From: an uncultured Bacteroidales bacterium
GTDB lineage: Bacteria > Bacteroidota > Bacteroidia > Bacteroidales > UBA932
Direction: 5' to 3'
Length of the DNA: 64,000 nucleotides
NCBI GenBank assembly: GCA_905233655.1
Contig: CAJOCS010000004.1
Span: 13,544-77,543, forward strand
The translations under genes were made by a program, and so were the position numbers. Within the stretch, counting starts at the first letter, position 1. Each line of letters begins with the position of its first letter. This document shows positions 29,904 through 38,944 of the stretch, piece by piece. The notes beneath the pieces are model-generated. The model was not told the origin of the DNA and searched no databases. It saw only the letters and a list, made by a program, of their open reading frames with translations.

Positions 29904-30311
29904 ATGAAGGAGGAGGTATCACATAAAGGCCGTGTGGTCCGTACAGGTCCCGGAACGGTCGTGGTTGCAATTGAGCAGCAGGATGCCTGCTCCCAGTGCC
30001 ATGCGGCCGGGCTGTGCACCCTCTCGAGTGCGGTCAAAAAGGAAATAGAGGTTCCCACCCGTGCCGTTTATGCGGAAGGGGATACAGTGGAAGTGGTGCT
30101 GAGCTCCTCAATGGGAATGAAAGCTGTGTTCCTGGCTTACTTTCTCCCTCTGGTGGTTCTGCTCGCCGTGGTCCTGGGCCTTCTTGAGGCCGGTGTGACC
30201 GAGCTTCCGGCTGCACTTTCGGGAATTGCCGCAACCGCCCTTTACTATTTTGTTTTATGGCTTTTCCGCAAAAGCCTTCGCAAGGAATATATTTTTACTA
30301 TAAAAGACTGA
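29904..30311 (+). CDS. rseC: RseC/MucC family protein
   Basis: ACSQCHAAGLC cysteine motif and two C-terminal TM helices; precedes rnf cluster. Confidence 0.85.
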   Translation: MKEEVSHKGRVVRTGPGTVVVAIEQQDACSQCHAAGLCTLSSAVKKEIEVPTRAVYAEGDTVEVVLSSSMGMKAVFLAYFLPLVVLLAVVLGLLEAGVTELPAALSGIAATALYYFVLWLFRKSLRKEYIFTIKD

Positions 30312-30315
30312 TTAT

Positions 30316-31206
30316 ATGAGCATTATCATCTGGACTATTGTGGTAATCACGGTGCTCGGCATTCTGCTGGCGCTGGTGCTTTACCTGGTAGCCATGCGCT
30401 TCAAGGTGGAGGAAGATCCCAGGATCGACCTCGTTGAGAAAGCGATGCCCGGAGCCAACTGCGGCGGTTGCGGCTTTGCCGGCTGCCGAGCCTTTGCCGA
30501 ATCGGCCGTGAAATCAGGCAGCCTCGACGGGCATTTCTGCCCCGTGGGCGGCAATGACACGATGTCCGCCGTCGCCGGTATCCTCGGCTACGAGGTCAAG
30601 GCCCAGGCTCCCCGTGTGGCGGTGGTCCGCTGCAACGGAACGTGCAGCGCCCGTCCCAAGACCAACACCTACGACGGCTACCCTTCCTGCAAGGTGAAAG
30701 CCCAGCTCTACAGCGGCGACACGGCCTGTTCCTTCGGCTGTCTCGGCTGTGGGGACTGCGTCGAGGCCTGCCAGTTCGGCGCTCTTTCCATGGATGTTGA
30801 AACCGGTCTTCCGGTAGTGGACCAGGAAAAGTGCACGGCCTGCGGCGCCTGCGTCAAGGCTTGCCCGAAAGCCATCATCGAGCTAAGGCCGATGGGCCCC
30901 CGCGGCATGAGGGAGTATGTCTCCTGCGTGAACCGGGACAAGGGCCCTGCCGCAAAGAAGGCCTGCGCAAACGCCTGTATCGGCTGTGGTATCTGCGTAA
31001 AGACCTGCACGCACGAGGCGATAGTCCTGGAGAACAATGTCGCCTATATCGACGCTTCCAAGTGCAAGCTCTGCCGCGAATGCGAGGCCATGTGCCCTAC
31101 AGGTGCCATCCACGGCGTGAACTTCCCCAAACCTCTGGACAAGGAAGCCGTCAAGACCAGAATCAAAGAACGTCAACTCAAAGCAAAGGAGGCCGCAAAT
31201 GTCTAA
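30316..31206 (+). CDS. rnfB: Rnf electron transport complex subunit B
   Basis: PGANCGGCG.AGC FeS motif and multiple CxxCxxCxxxCP. Confidence 0.93.
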   Translation: MSIIIWTIVVITVLGILLALVLYLVAMRFKVEEDPRIDLVEKAMPGANCGGCGFAGCRAFAESAVKSGSLDGHFCPVGGNDTMSAVAGILGYEVKAQAPRVAVVRCNGTCSARPKTNTYDGYPSCKVKAQLYSGDTACSFGCLGCGDCVEACQFGALSMDVETGLPVVDQEKCTACGACVKACPKAIIELRPMGPRGMREYVSCVNRDKGPAAKKACANACIGCGICVKTCTHEAIVLENNVAYIDASKCKLCRECEAMCPTGAIHGVNFPKPLDKEAVKTRIKERQLKAKEAANV

Positions 31207-32569
31207 GCACACTTTCTCGATAGGCGGCGTACATCCGCACGACAGCAAGATTTCCAGGGACTGCAGCATCCAGCCGCTGCCCCTTCCGCCCACGGTGTAC
31301 CTTTCCCTCTCACAGCATATCGGCGCTCCGTCGAAACCCATCGTCGAGGTTGGTGACAAGGTGAAAGTGGGCCAGCCGGTCGCAGAACCGGGCGGCTTCG
31401 TCTCCGCTTTCATCCATTCTTCGGTGTCCGGTACGGTCAAATCCATCGGTTCCCGCAAAGACCTTGCGGGCAATCCCCAGATGTGCATCGAAATCGCCGT
31501 GGAGGGTGACGAATGGGCCGAGGGAATCGATACCACCGACACTCTCATTACCGCAATCCCCGAAGACAACAAGGCCATCATCGAGAAGATTCGTCTCGGA
31601 GGCGTCGTAGGTCTCGGAGGTGCGACCTTCCCCACTCACGTGAAGCTTTCACCGCCTCCCGGCTCCAAGTGTGAAAGGGTTATAATCAATGGCTGCGAGT
31701 GTGAGCCCTATCTTACCTCCGACTTCCGCGTCCTCCTCGAAAAGGGAGAGCAGGTGGTGGTGGGTGCGGCCATCCTCGCCCAGGTTATGGGAAATGTTCC
31801 CTGCACCATTGCAATCGAGGAGAACAAGCCCGAGGCCATCGCCCACATTAAAGAAGTCATTGTAAAGCTCGGATACAAGGGAATTGAGGTGATGCCCATG
31901 AAGATGCGTTATCCGCAGGGCGGTGAGAAACAGCTCATCGACGCCGTGATGCACCGTCAGGTGGGCTCCGGAGCCCTTCCCATCAGCGAGGGCGCCGTGG
32001 TCCAGAATGTCGGGACTGCAATCGCCGTATACGATGCCGTTCAGAAGAACAAGCCTCTCATCGACAACACCGTAACCATTACCGGTGAATGTTTCCCCAG
32101 GCAGGCCAACCTGCTTGTAAGGGTGGGAACCCCGCTCCAGTACATCCTCGATTATCTCGGAGGTATCCCGGAAGAAGCCGCCAAGGTTATCAGCGGCGGC
32201 CCCATGATGGGAAAGGCCGTTTCCAACCTGGAAGCCGCCACGCTCAAGGGTACCGGCGCCCTGCTGCTGCTCACCGAAAAGCAGACTCTCCGCGCTCCGG
32301 AATCCAACTGCATCCGCTGCGGAAAGTGTGCCGATGCCTGCCCCATGGGCCTCGAGCCTTTCCGTCTGAACCGTCTCGCCAAAGCCAACGATCTGGAAGA
32401 GCTGGAGAACAACTCCGTCCAGGACTGCATCGAGTGCGGCTGCTGCCTGTACTCCTGCCCGGCCCACATTCAGCTTCTCGACAATATCCGCCTCGCAAAG
32501 GCCGCCGTACTTGGCGCCATCCGTGCGAGGGCCGCTGCCGCAAAGGCTGCTCAGGACGCTAAAAAGTAA
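31199..32569 (+). CDS. rnfC: Rnf subunit C
   Basis: GGVHP, QHIGAP, GLGGATFP, NGCECEPYLT, YPQGGEKQL, two 4Fe-4S motifs. Confidence 0.95.
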   Translation: MSKHTFSIGGVHPHDSKISRDCSIQPLPLPPTVYLSLSQHIGAPSKPIVEVGDKVKVGQPVAEPGGFVSAFIHSSVSGTVKSIGSRKDLAGNPQMCIEIAVEGDEWAEGIDTTDTLITAIPEDNKAIIEKIRLGGVVGLGGATFPTHVKLSPPPGSKCERVIINGCECEPYLTSDFRVLLEKGEQVVVGAAILAQVMGNVPCTIAIEENKPEAIAHIKEVIVKLGYKGIEVMPMKMRYPQGGEKQLIDAVMHRQVGSGALPISEGAVVQNVGTAIAVYDAVQKNKPLIDNTVTITGECFPRQANLLVRVGTPLQYILDYLGGIPEEAAKVISGGPMMGKAVSNLEAATLKGTGALLLLTEKQTLRAPESNCIRCGKCADACPMGLEPFRLNRLAKANDLEELENNSVQDCIECGCCLYSCPAHIQLLDNIRLAKAAVLGAIRARAAAAKAAQDAKK

Positions 32570-32575
32570 CAGACT

Positions 32576-33556
32576 ATGAGCAAGTTAATAGTATCTCCCA
32601 ATCCTCACATCCATTCCAAGGACTCCACCCGGAGCCTTATGCTGGATGTGGTGATAGCCCTTGTCCCTGCAGTCATCTGCTCCGTAGTATTCTATGGCTG
32701 GATGGAACTGCTTGTGATGGCTGTGAGCGTTGGCTCCTGCCTGTTGCTGGAGTGGGCAATCACCCGTTTCATGCTCAAAAAGAATTCCACCATCGGAGAC
32801 CTCTCCGCGGTGGTTACCGGTATACTCCTGGCACTGAACCTGCCTTACAACACTCCCTGGTGGGTGGTGTTCGTGGGTGCGGTGGTAGCCATCGGAGTCG
32901 CGAAGATGACCTTCGGCGGAATCGGCCAGAACATCTGGAATCCCGCCCTTGTGGGTCGAGTATTCCTGCTGGTTTCCTTCCCCACCTACATGACGGGCCG
33001 CTGGGCCGCACCCCAGGGCCTCTTCGGGGCCGATGCAGTTAGTGGCGCCACACCTCTTGGCGTAATCCAGGAGGGCCTTATGAAGGGTTCAACCGTTCAG
33101 GAGCTCACTTCCTCCTTCGATTACAAGGACCTCCTGTTCGCCAACCTCGGCGGCAGTGCGGGTGAAGTATGCGCTCTGGCCCTTCTTGCGGGCTTCATTT
33201 ATCTTTGCGTCCGCAAGGTCATCAAGCCCTGGATTACCCTCAGCATTTTCGGAACCGTGGCCCTCGTTTCCCTCATCTTCTGGGGAATCGACCCTTCCCG
33301 TTTCACCGACCCTCTGTTCAACCTTCTCACCGGCGGTCTCATCCTGGGCGCATGTTTCATGGCCACGGACTATGTGACCTCGCCCATGAGCCTCTGGGGC
33401 GGAGTAGTGTTCGGTGTGGGAATCGGCTTCCTTACGATGATGATCCGTTACTTCGGCTCATATCCGGAGGGCGTGAGCTTCGCCATCCTTATCATGAACT
33501 CTGTGGTTCCTCTGCTTGACAGATGGTTCAAACAGAAAAAATTCGGGAGGAAATAG
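32576..33556 (+). CDS. rnfD: Rnf subunit D
   Basis: FGGIGQN..NPALVGR, SGATPL FMN site, FMATDYVTSP. Confidence 0.95.
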   Translation: MSKLIVSPNPHIHSKDSTRSLMLDVVIALVPAVICSVVFYGWMELLVMAVSVGSCLLLEWAITRFMLKKNSTIGDLSAVVTGILLALNLPYNTPWWVVFVGAVVAIGVAKMTFGGIGQNIWNPALVGRVFLLVSFPTYMTGRWAAPQGLFGADAVSGATPLGVIQEGLMKGSTVQELTSSFDYKDLLFANLGGSAGEVCALALLAGFIYLCVRKVIKPWITLSIFGTVALVSLIFWGIDPSRFTDPLFNLLTGGLILGACFMATDYVTSPMSLWGGVVFGVGIGFLTMMIRYFGSYPEGVSFAILIMNSVVPLLDRWFKQKKFGRK

Positions 33557-33558
33557 CT

Positions 33559-34113
33559 ATGGCGGTAAAATCCAATCTGATTAACATGGTCCTGGTGCTG
33601 GGCCTTACCTGCCTGTTCTGCTCTGCAGTTCTGGGCGGGGCCTATGTGCTCACCAAGGAACCCATCGAACAGGCCGCGGCGGAAAAGACCAACCAGGCCA
33701 TTTCCAAGGTACTGCCTCATTTCACCGATGTGGAATACAATGAGGCCGGCCGATATTACAAGGCCACCGACGGAGACATCCTCGTGGGATATGCCATCGA
33801 ATCCACCGTGGTGGGCTTCGGCGGCCCTCTGTCGCTGATTGTGGGCATTACACCCGACGGCGTGGTCTACAATACTTCGGTGCTTTCGCATGCCGAGACT
33901 CCCGGCCTTGGCGCCAAATGCACCTCCGACGCACGCTTCATGGACCAGTGGAGGGGATTCGACCCCTCTGTCAAGACACTTGCCGTGAAGAATGACGGCG
34001 GAGACGTGGATGCCATCACCGCTTCCACCATCACCTCCCGCGCCTACACCCTGGCCGTGGAGAATGCCCTGAATGTGTTCAACGAACTGGAAGGAGGACA
34101 GAACAATGAGTAA
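33559..34113 (+). CDS. rnfG: Rnf subunit G
   Basis: ETPGLG, VDAITASTITS FMN-binding motif. Confidence 0.93.
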   Translation: MAVKSNLINMVLVLGLTCLFCSAVLGGAYVLTKEPIEQAAAEKTNQAISKVLPHFTDVEYNEAGRYYKATDGDILVGYAIESTVVGFGGPLSLIVGITPDGVVYNTSVLSHAETPGLGAKCTSDARFMDQWRGFDPSVKTLAVKNDGGDVDAITASTITSRAYTLAVENALNVFNELEGGQNNE

Positions 34114-34690
34114 GTTCAAACTGATTACCGACGGTCTGATTAAGAACAACCCGACCTTTGTCCTGCTGCTGGGAATGTGTCCCACGCTGGCTACCACCAC
34201 ATCGGCCATCAACGGCCTGTCCATGGGACTTGCCACTCTCTTCGTTCTTGTGCTTAGCAACATGGCCATCTCGGCCATCGCTCCCGTGGTGCCCGACAAG
34301 GTGCATATTCCGGTCTATATTGTGGTGATTGCCACCTTCGTCACCCTCCTCGAACTCCTTATGAAGGCCTACACTCCAGCCATATACGAGGCTCTTGGCC
34401 TGTTCATCCCGCTGATTGTGGTGAACTGCATAGTTCTCGGCCGTGCCGAGGCCTTTGCGGGAAAGAACGGCGTGCTCAGTTCCGCGTTCGATGGAATAGG
34501 CGTCGGCCTTGGTTTCACCTGCTCGCTCACTGTTCTCGGTCTCGTCCGCGAGATTCTGGGCTCGGGAAGCATGTTCGGCTGGAACTTTATCGGAGGTAAC
34601 GACGGTATGCTGGCCTTCGTGATGGCCCCCGGCGCTTTCCTCTGCCTGGGTTACCTTATGGTCCTGTTCAACAAATTCCTCAAAAAGTAA
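34106..34690 (+). CDS. rnfE: Rnf subunit E
   Basis: LGMCPTLA, IPLIVVNC..LGRAEAFA. Confidence 0.94.
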   Translation: MSKFKLITDGLIKNNPTFVLLLGMCPTLATTTSAINGLSMGLATLFVLVLSNMAISAIAPVVPDKVHIPVYIVVIATFVTLLELLMKAYTPAIYEALGLFIPLIVVNCIVLGRAEAFAGKNGVLSSAFDGIGVGLGFTCSLTVLGLVREILGSGSMFGWNFIGGNDGMLAFVMAPGAFLCLGYLMVLFNKFLKK

Positions 34691-34696
34691 GGCGCT

Positions 34697-35296
34697 ATGG
34701 AGTATTTTCTCATTATAATCTCTGCGATATTCGTCAATAATATCGTCCTTGCCCAGTTTCTTGGAATATGCCCCTTCCTGGGCGTGTCCAACAAACTCTC
34801 CACGGCAACGGGAATGTCCATGGCGGTTTGCTTCGTCATTACCCTGGCAACGCTTGTGACCTATCTTGTGAACAAGTATCTGCTGGTTCCTTTCAATATC
34901 ACCTTCCTCCAGACAATAGCCTTCATCCTGGTGATTGCAGCGCTTGTCCAGATGGTGGAAATCGTGCTGAAGAAACTGAGCCCCAGCCTTTATCAGGCAC
35001 TCGGTATTTTCCTGCCCCTCATCACCACCAACTGCGCCGTACTTGGTGTTGCCATCAATGTGGTCACCAAGGAGTTCTCCTTTGTACCCGGCGGCACGCT
35101 GAACCTCGGCCAGGCCCTTGTCTACGCAGTTGCCACGTCGCTCGGTTACGGCCTTGCGATGGTAATCTTCGCGGGAATCCGTGAGCATCTCTCTATGAAC
35201 AACGTGCCCAAGGCTTTCAAGGGCGTTCCCATCGCCATAATCAGCGTGGGCATCCTTGCGCTTGCCTTCATGGGCTTCAGTGGAATGGTCAAATAA
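34697..35296 (+). CDS. rnfA: Rnf subunit A
   Basis: QFLGICPFLGVS, LPLITTNCAVLG, AFMGF. Confidence 0.95.
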   Translation: MEYFLIIISAIFVNNIVLAQFLGICPFLGVSNKLSTATGMSMAVCFVITLATLVTYLVNKYLLVPFNITFLQTIAFILVIAALVQMVEIVLKKLSPSLYQALGIFLPLITTNCAVLGVAINVVTKEFSFVPGGTLNLGQALVYAVATSLGYGLAMVIFAGIREHLSMNNVPKAFKGVPIAIISVGILALAFMGFSGMVK

Positions 35297-35313
35297 TTTA
35301 ACCTGTACCAAAG

Positions 35314-35823
35314 ATGAAAAGAATTATCGTTATTATCGCCGCCCTCGCAGTTTGCGTGAGCGCCGCCGCACAGCCCAAGGCTATCGGTGCCCGTTTCGGC
35401 TACGGAGCCGATAATTTTGTGGGCGCTGAATTCAGCTATGAGCACAACCTGAGCCTGTTCAACAGGGCCGACGACTTCCTCGAGCTGGAAGTAGGTGCAT
35501 TTGCCGACAACAATGGTTTCAAGGGCACCGCCATGTACAACTTCACCATCTGGAAACCCGAATGGACCGACCGTGGCGACTGGGGAATGTATCTTGGCCC
35601 CGGTATCGGCGCAGGTCTTCTGAGGTATTACGATGTCGCAGCCGATGCTTACTATCTTCGTCCGCTCATCGACCTCGAGTTCCAGTTCGGTGTGGAATAC
35701 ACCTTCTGGTTCCCGCTTCAGGTTTCCGCCGATATCCGTCCTTTCATAGGATATCAGGTAAACGGCAAAGGTTTCTATCCGCATCTCTTCTCGGTGAACC
35801 TTGCTGCAAGGTACGCTTTCTGA
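35314..35823 (+). CDS. Small outer membrane beta-barrel protein
   Basis: Signal peptide AAA|Q, AIGARFG, GVEYTF..PLQVSADIRP, C-terminal RYAF. Confidence 0.75.
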   Translation: MKRIIVIIAALAVCVSAAAQPKAIGARFGYGADNFVGAEFSYEHNLSLFNRADDFLELEVGAFADNNGFKGTAMYNFTIWKPEWTDRGDWGMYLGPGIGAGLLRYYDVAADAYYLRPLIDLEFQFGVEYTFWFPLQVSADIRPFIGYQVNGKGFYPHLFSVNLAARYAF

Positions 35824-35830
35824 TTTTTTT

Positions 35831-35859
35831 CGGGGTTGGACTTTTCTGGCCCCGTTTTT
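35831..35859 (+). terminator. Probable intrinsic terminator
   Basis: CGGGGTTGGA/TCTGGCCCCG stem (with G-U pairs) plus TTTTT. Confidence 0.55.
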
Positions 35860-35908
35860 GCTTTAAGCCCCACATAGTGTATTAATTAACCTTTAACCTA
35901 ATACGGAT

Positions 35909-37651
35909 ATGAAGAGAAAGATTCTGTATTCCGCGCTTGTGGCAGCTATCGTATTGCCCCTGTCCTGCCAGAAGGACGATATTCTTGACTACTCCGGAAC
36001 GGGGGCCTCCGGCCTTGAAGAGAACACCTCTGAAGTTGACGATGAGCAGAGCATCTCCGACGTTGAGTGGAACGCTTCCATCGGCATTGTCTTTTCCAAC
36101 AGCGGCGCCGCCGCCGTATCGGGCGACACCAAAGGTATCGTGAGCGTAAGCGGCAACGATGTCACCGTGAACAACGCCACCGGAGAAAAGATTACCTACA
36201 CCCTTTCCGGCGAAACCTCCGATGGTTTCTTCAAAGTTTACAGCGACACCAAACAGGCCATAGTCCTCGATGGCGTTTCCATTACCAACAAGCGCGGAGC
36301 CGCCATCAATAACCAGGGCAAAAAAACCTGTTTCATTCAGGTCCAGGGCACGAACAAGCTTGCCGACGGCACTTCTTACACGCTAACCCCCTCGACCGAG
36401 GACGAGAAAGCCGTGCTCTTTTCCGAAGGCCAGCTGGTATTTTCCGGTTCCGGCTCCCTCCTGGTGACTGCCAGCGGCAAAAGTGGTATTACCTCTGACG
36501 ATTATATCGTCTTTGAAAACGCCCCTTCCATACAGGTCGTCTCTTCGTCCGGTCACGGAATCAGGGGTAAGGAGTATATCAATGTCAACGGCGGCTCAAT
36601 CGACGTTACACTCACTTCTGCCGCCGTGGGCAAGAAGGGCTTCTGTTCCGACAGCCTGATTGTCTTCCACGGTGGTGAAACCGTAATAAGCTCCGCCGCA
36701 CCCGCAGGCACCGTTGACGGCTCCCTCACCGGCGCCGCCGGAATCAAGGCCGACCAGGTGTTCCGTATGGAAGGCGGTTCCCTTACGGTACTTTGCAGCG
36801 GAAAGGGAAGCAAGGGTATAAAGAGCGGTGACGAGGACGAAGGTTACTCCGGAGCGATGCGCTTTGCCGGCGGCAGTGTGAACGTTACCTGCACCGGTGC
36901 CAATTACGGCACTTCTTCCGGCTGGGGCAGTTCTTCTTCGGATTCAAAATCGGCCAAGGGAATCAAATGTGACGGCAACATTGTCTTCTGCGGAAGCGAA
37001 GTGTCCGTTTCCTGTTCCGGCCATGAAGCAATAGAAGCGAAGGGGACCATGGATGTCTCCGGCGGCATTGTCTATGCCTATTCTTCCGCCGACGACGCCG
37101 TCAATTCCGCCGGCGATTTCACGGTTACGGGCGGTTTCCTCTGCGGCCATTCCACGGCCAACGACGGCCTGGATGCCAACGGGAACTTCTATATCAAGGG
37201 AGGAGTGGTGTATGCAATAGGCAAATCTTCCCCTGAGGTTGCCGTAGATGCCAACACCGAGGGCGGAAAGAAGCTGTATCTGAGCGGCGGCACCATAATC
37301 GCCATCGGCGGCCTTGAAAACGGTTCAAGCCTTACCCAGAGTTGTTACCAGGCCTCTTCCTGGAGCAAGAATACCTGGTATGGACTTACCATTGGTTCAA
37401 CGGTTTACGCCTTCAAGACTCCTTCAAGCGGCGGCAGCGGCCTGGTGGTATCCGGAGCTTCGCAGCCAACGCTTTCAAGCGGCGTAACCGTGAGCGGTGG
37501 AGACAGTATCTTCAACGGCACTTTCATCTGCGGCGCCAGCCTTAGCGGTGGCACGTCGGTAAGCCTTACTTCCTATACCGGAGGCAGCGGCGGCCCCGGT
37601 GGCGGCGGCCCCGGTGGCGGTGGCCCCGGAGGCGGTGGCCGACCGTGGTAG
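35909..37651 (+). CDS. Carbohydrate-binding beta-helix lipoprotein (DUF4353/Cthe_2159-like) with Gly-Pro tail
   Basis: Lipobox PLSC; repeated GG.....(K)GIK, DDAVNS, DGLDANG beta-helix turns. Confidence 0.78.
   Translation: MKRKILYSALVAAIVLPLSCQKDDILDYSGTGASGLEENTSEVDDEQSISDVEWNASIGIVFSNSGAAAVSGDTKGIVSVSGNDVTVNNATGEKITYTLSGETSDGFFKVYSDTKQAIVLDGVSITNKRGAAINNQGKKTCFIQVQGTNKLADGTSYTLTPSTEDEKAVLFSEGQLVFSGSGSLLVTASGKSGITSDDYIVFENAPSIQVVSSSGHGIRGKEYINVNGGSIDVTLTSAAVGKKGFCSDSLIVFHGGETVISSAAPAGTVDGSLTGAAGIKADQVFRMEGGSLTVLCSGKGSKGIKSGDEDEGYSGAMRFAGGSVNVTCTGANYGTSSGWGSSSSDSKSAKGIKCDGNIVFCGSEVSVSCSGHEAIEAKGTMDVSGGIVYAYSSADDAVNSAGDFTVTGGFLCGHSTANDGLDANGNFYIKGGVVYAIGKSSPEVAVDANTEGGKKLYLSGGTIIAIGGLENGSSLTQSCYQASSWSKNTWYGLTIGSTVYAFKTPSSGGSGLVVSGASQPTLSSGVTVSGGDSIFNGTFICGASLSGGTSVSLTSYTGGSGGPGGGGPGGGGPGGGGRPW
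37586..37640 (+). repeat. 15-bp tandem repeat encoding (GGGPG)n
   Basis: About 3.6 copies of GGCGGYGGCCCCGGW. Confidence 0.85.
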
Positions 37652-37704
37652 CCCCTTCAATGGCCCCTCGGGGCAGCCGCGGAGCGGCGGGGGTTAAACA
37701 GGGG

Positions 37705-37769
37705 GTCCCAACGGAACACGCGAAAAAAGCCGGCCTAGCAGGCCGGCTTTCGCGTGATTCCGTTGGGAC
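37705..37769. repeat. Long inverted repeat containing the tRNA terminator and an antisense copy of the tRNA 3' end
   Basis: GTCCCAACGGAACACGCGAAAAAAGCCGGCCT-agc-AGGCCGGCTTTCGCGTGATTCCGTTGGGAC. Confidence 0.85.
37723..37750 (-). terminator. Intrinsic terminator of tRNA-Arg (possibly bidirectional)
   Basis: GCCGGCCT/AGGCCGGC stem with T6 on the minus strand and TTT on the plus strand. Confidence 0.8.
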
Positions 37770-37828
37770 TCGAACCCAAGACCCACAGCTTAGAAGGCTG
37801 TTGCTCTATCCAGCTGAGCTACGGAACC
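37755..37828 (-). tRNA. tRNA-Arg (anticodon UCU), CCA not encoded
   Basis: GGTTCCGTAGCTCAGCTGGATAGAGCAACAGCCTTCTAAGCTGTGGGTCTTGGGTTCGAGTCCCAACGGAATCA cloverleaf. Confidence 0.96.
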
Positions 37829-37839
37829 GATTGGGAGTG

Positions 37840-37847
37840 CAAAGGTA
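37840..37847 (-). promoter_or_regulatory. -7 promoter element TACCTTTG for tRNA-Arg
   Basis: TAnnTTTG 11 nt upstream of the tRNA 5' end. Confidence 0.75.
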
Positions 37848-37872
37848 GTGATTTTTCCGAAATCGGCAATAA

Positions 37873-38850
37873 CTAGCGGGGAGAAATGGACAGAAGGAGC
37901 TGGACCTGCTGATTGACGGCTTCGGAGAAACCTTCCTGTCCTTCCGTGAAAGTGTCTACAAGCACACCGTTTTCGTGGGTGACGGAAAGGGACGCTATTC
38001 CCTTGCTGCAAATCTGGTATAACTGCTCCATGGAAGGGAACACATATACGAAATTGGTTTCGTCACGCGTTTGCTGCAGGTCTATTACCGAACCGTCGCG
38101 CAGAGTGAACCGTACCGCCGAATCGAAGGGGATGTGATATGAATCCTCAGTTCCGATCATGAACGACAGGTCGATATCCTCGGTGTTGGTGGCCTTGTAG
38201 TAGATATGCGTAAGGATTATGTTGTAGATGAAATGCTCTCCGTGGCCAACTACGGGGGACGATGTGGCCATCGTGCTGTTTAAGTTGTCCGTATAGGCCG
38301 CAAGGCGTATGTCGAGGTCGATGGTGGCGTCCGATGCGGCGACTATGGCATCCCTCTGGCGGCGGAGCATTGAGGAGAATTCGTCGGAAGAGAAGTTGCC
38401 CTGAACATAGTCTTCCGGCTCCCATCCCGTGACAATATCCACGCTGCGCACTCCGTGAAGGATGCGCTCCAGGTCGGCCGGTTCCACCGCGTATTTGGTG
38501 CGGTTCAGGTAAAGGCCGTTCTGCTGGCGACGCTTGGTGGCGGAGTCTTCACCTATCTGTTCCAGACGCACGAAACTGCCGCCGGAGAGATTCACGGCCA
38601 TCTTCACACCTTTCGGAACGTTCGTGGACTTGTTCTGCTCCAGATTGATATACAGCAGGTAGAGGGAAGAACCGTCCGGGAATCCCACAAGCTCAAGCCT
38701 TGTCCAGGCCGGCACGTTTCCCAGCTGAAGCAGCTCATAATCCGTGGATATATGAGTCATTCCGCCGGAGCGGTAGTTGGTTCTGATATTCTGGGCCCGG
38801 AGCGAAACGCTCGCAAGCATGATAAGTGCGATTAAGAGAGTCTTTCTCAT
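37873..38850 (-). CDS. Exported hypothetical protein with internal two-fold repeat
   Basis: Signal peptide LRA|Q; host-like codon usage; own promoter. Confidence 0.75.
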   Translation of the reverse strand: MRKTLLIALIMLASVSLRAQNIRTNYRSGGMTHISTDYELLQLGNVPAWTRLELVGFPDGSSLYLLYINLEQNKSTNVPKGVKMAVNLSGGSFVRLEQIGEDSATKRRQQNGLYLNRTKYAVEPADLERILHGVRSVDIVTGWEPEDYVQGNFSSDEFSSMLRRQRDAIVAASDATIDLDIRLAAYTDNLNSTMATSSPVVGHGEHFIYNIILTHIYYKATNTEDIDLSFMIGTEDSYHIPFDSAVRFTLRDGSVIDLQQTRDETNFVYVFPSMEQLYQICSKGIASLSVTHENGVLVDTFTEGQEGFSEAVNQQVQLLLSISPR

Positions 38851-38873
38851 TTCAATAATAAAGTTTCCGGGGA

Positions 38874-38911
38874 CAAATATACACTTTCTGTGCCAATTAT
38901 TCTTATATTTG
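38874..38911. promoter_or_regulatory. Divergent promoter pair (TATATTTG on - at 38874-38881 and on + at 38904-38911)
   Basis: Two back-to-back TAnnTTTG elements. Confidence 0.7.
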
Positions 38912-38944
38912 AAAGTTCAAAGTAATTTTTAACACCGATATACC

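Noticed and set aside
29904-35296. rseC-rnfBCDGEA cluster as a novel system
   Set aside because: Standard Bacteroidales arrangement of a known complex.
37755-37828. Prophage or island integrated at tRNA-Arg
   Set aside because: No integrase, no direct repeat of the tRNA 3' end seen, and flanking genes have host-like composition.
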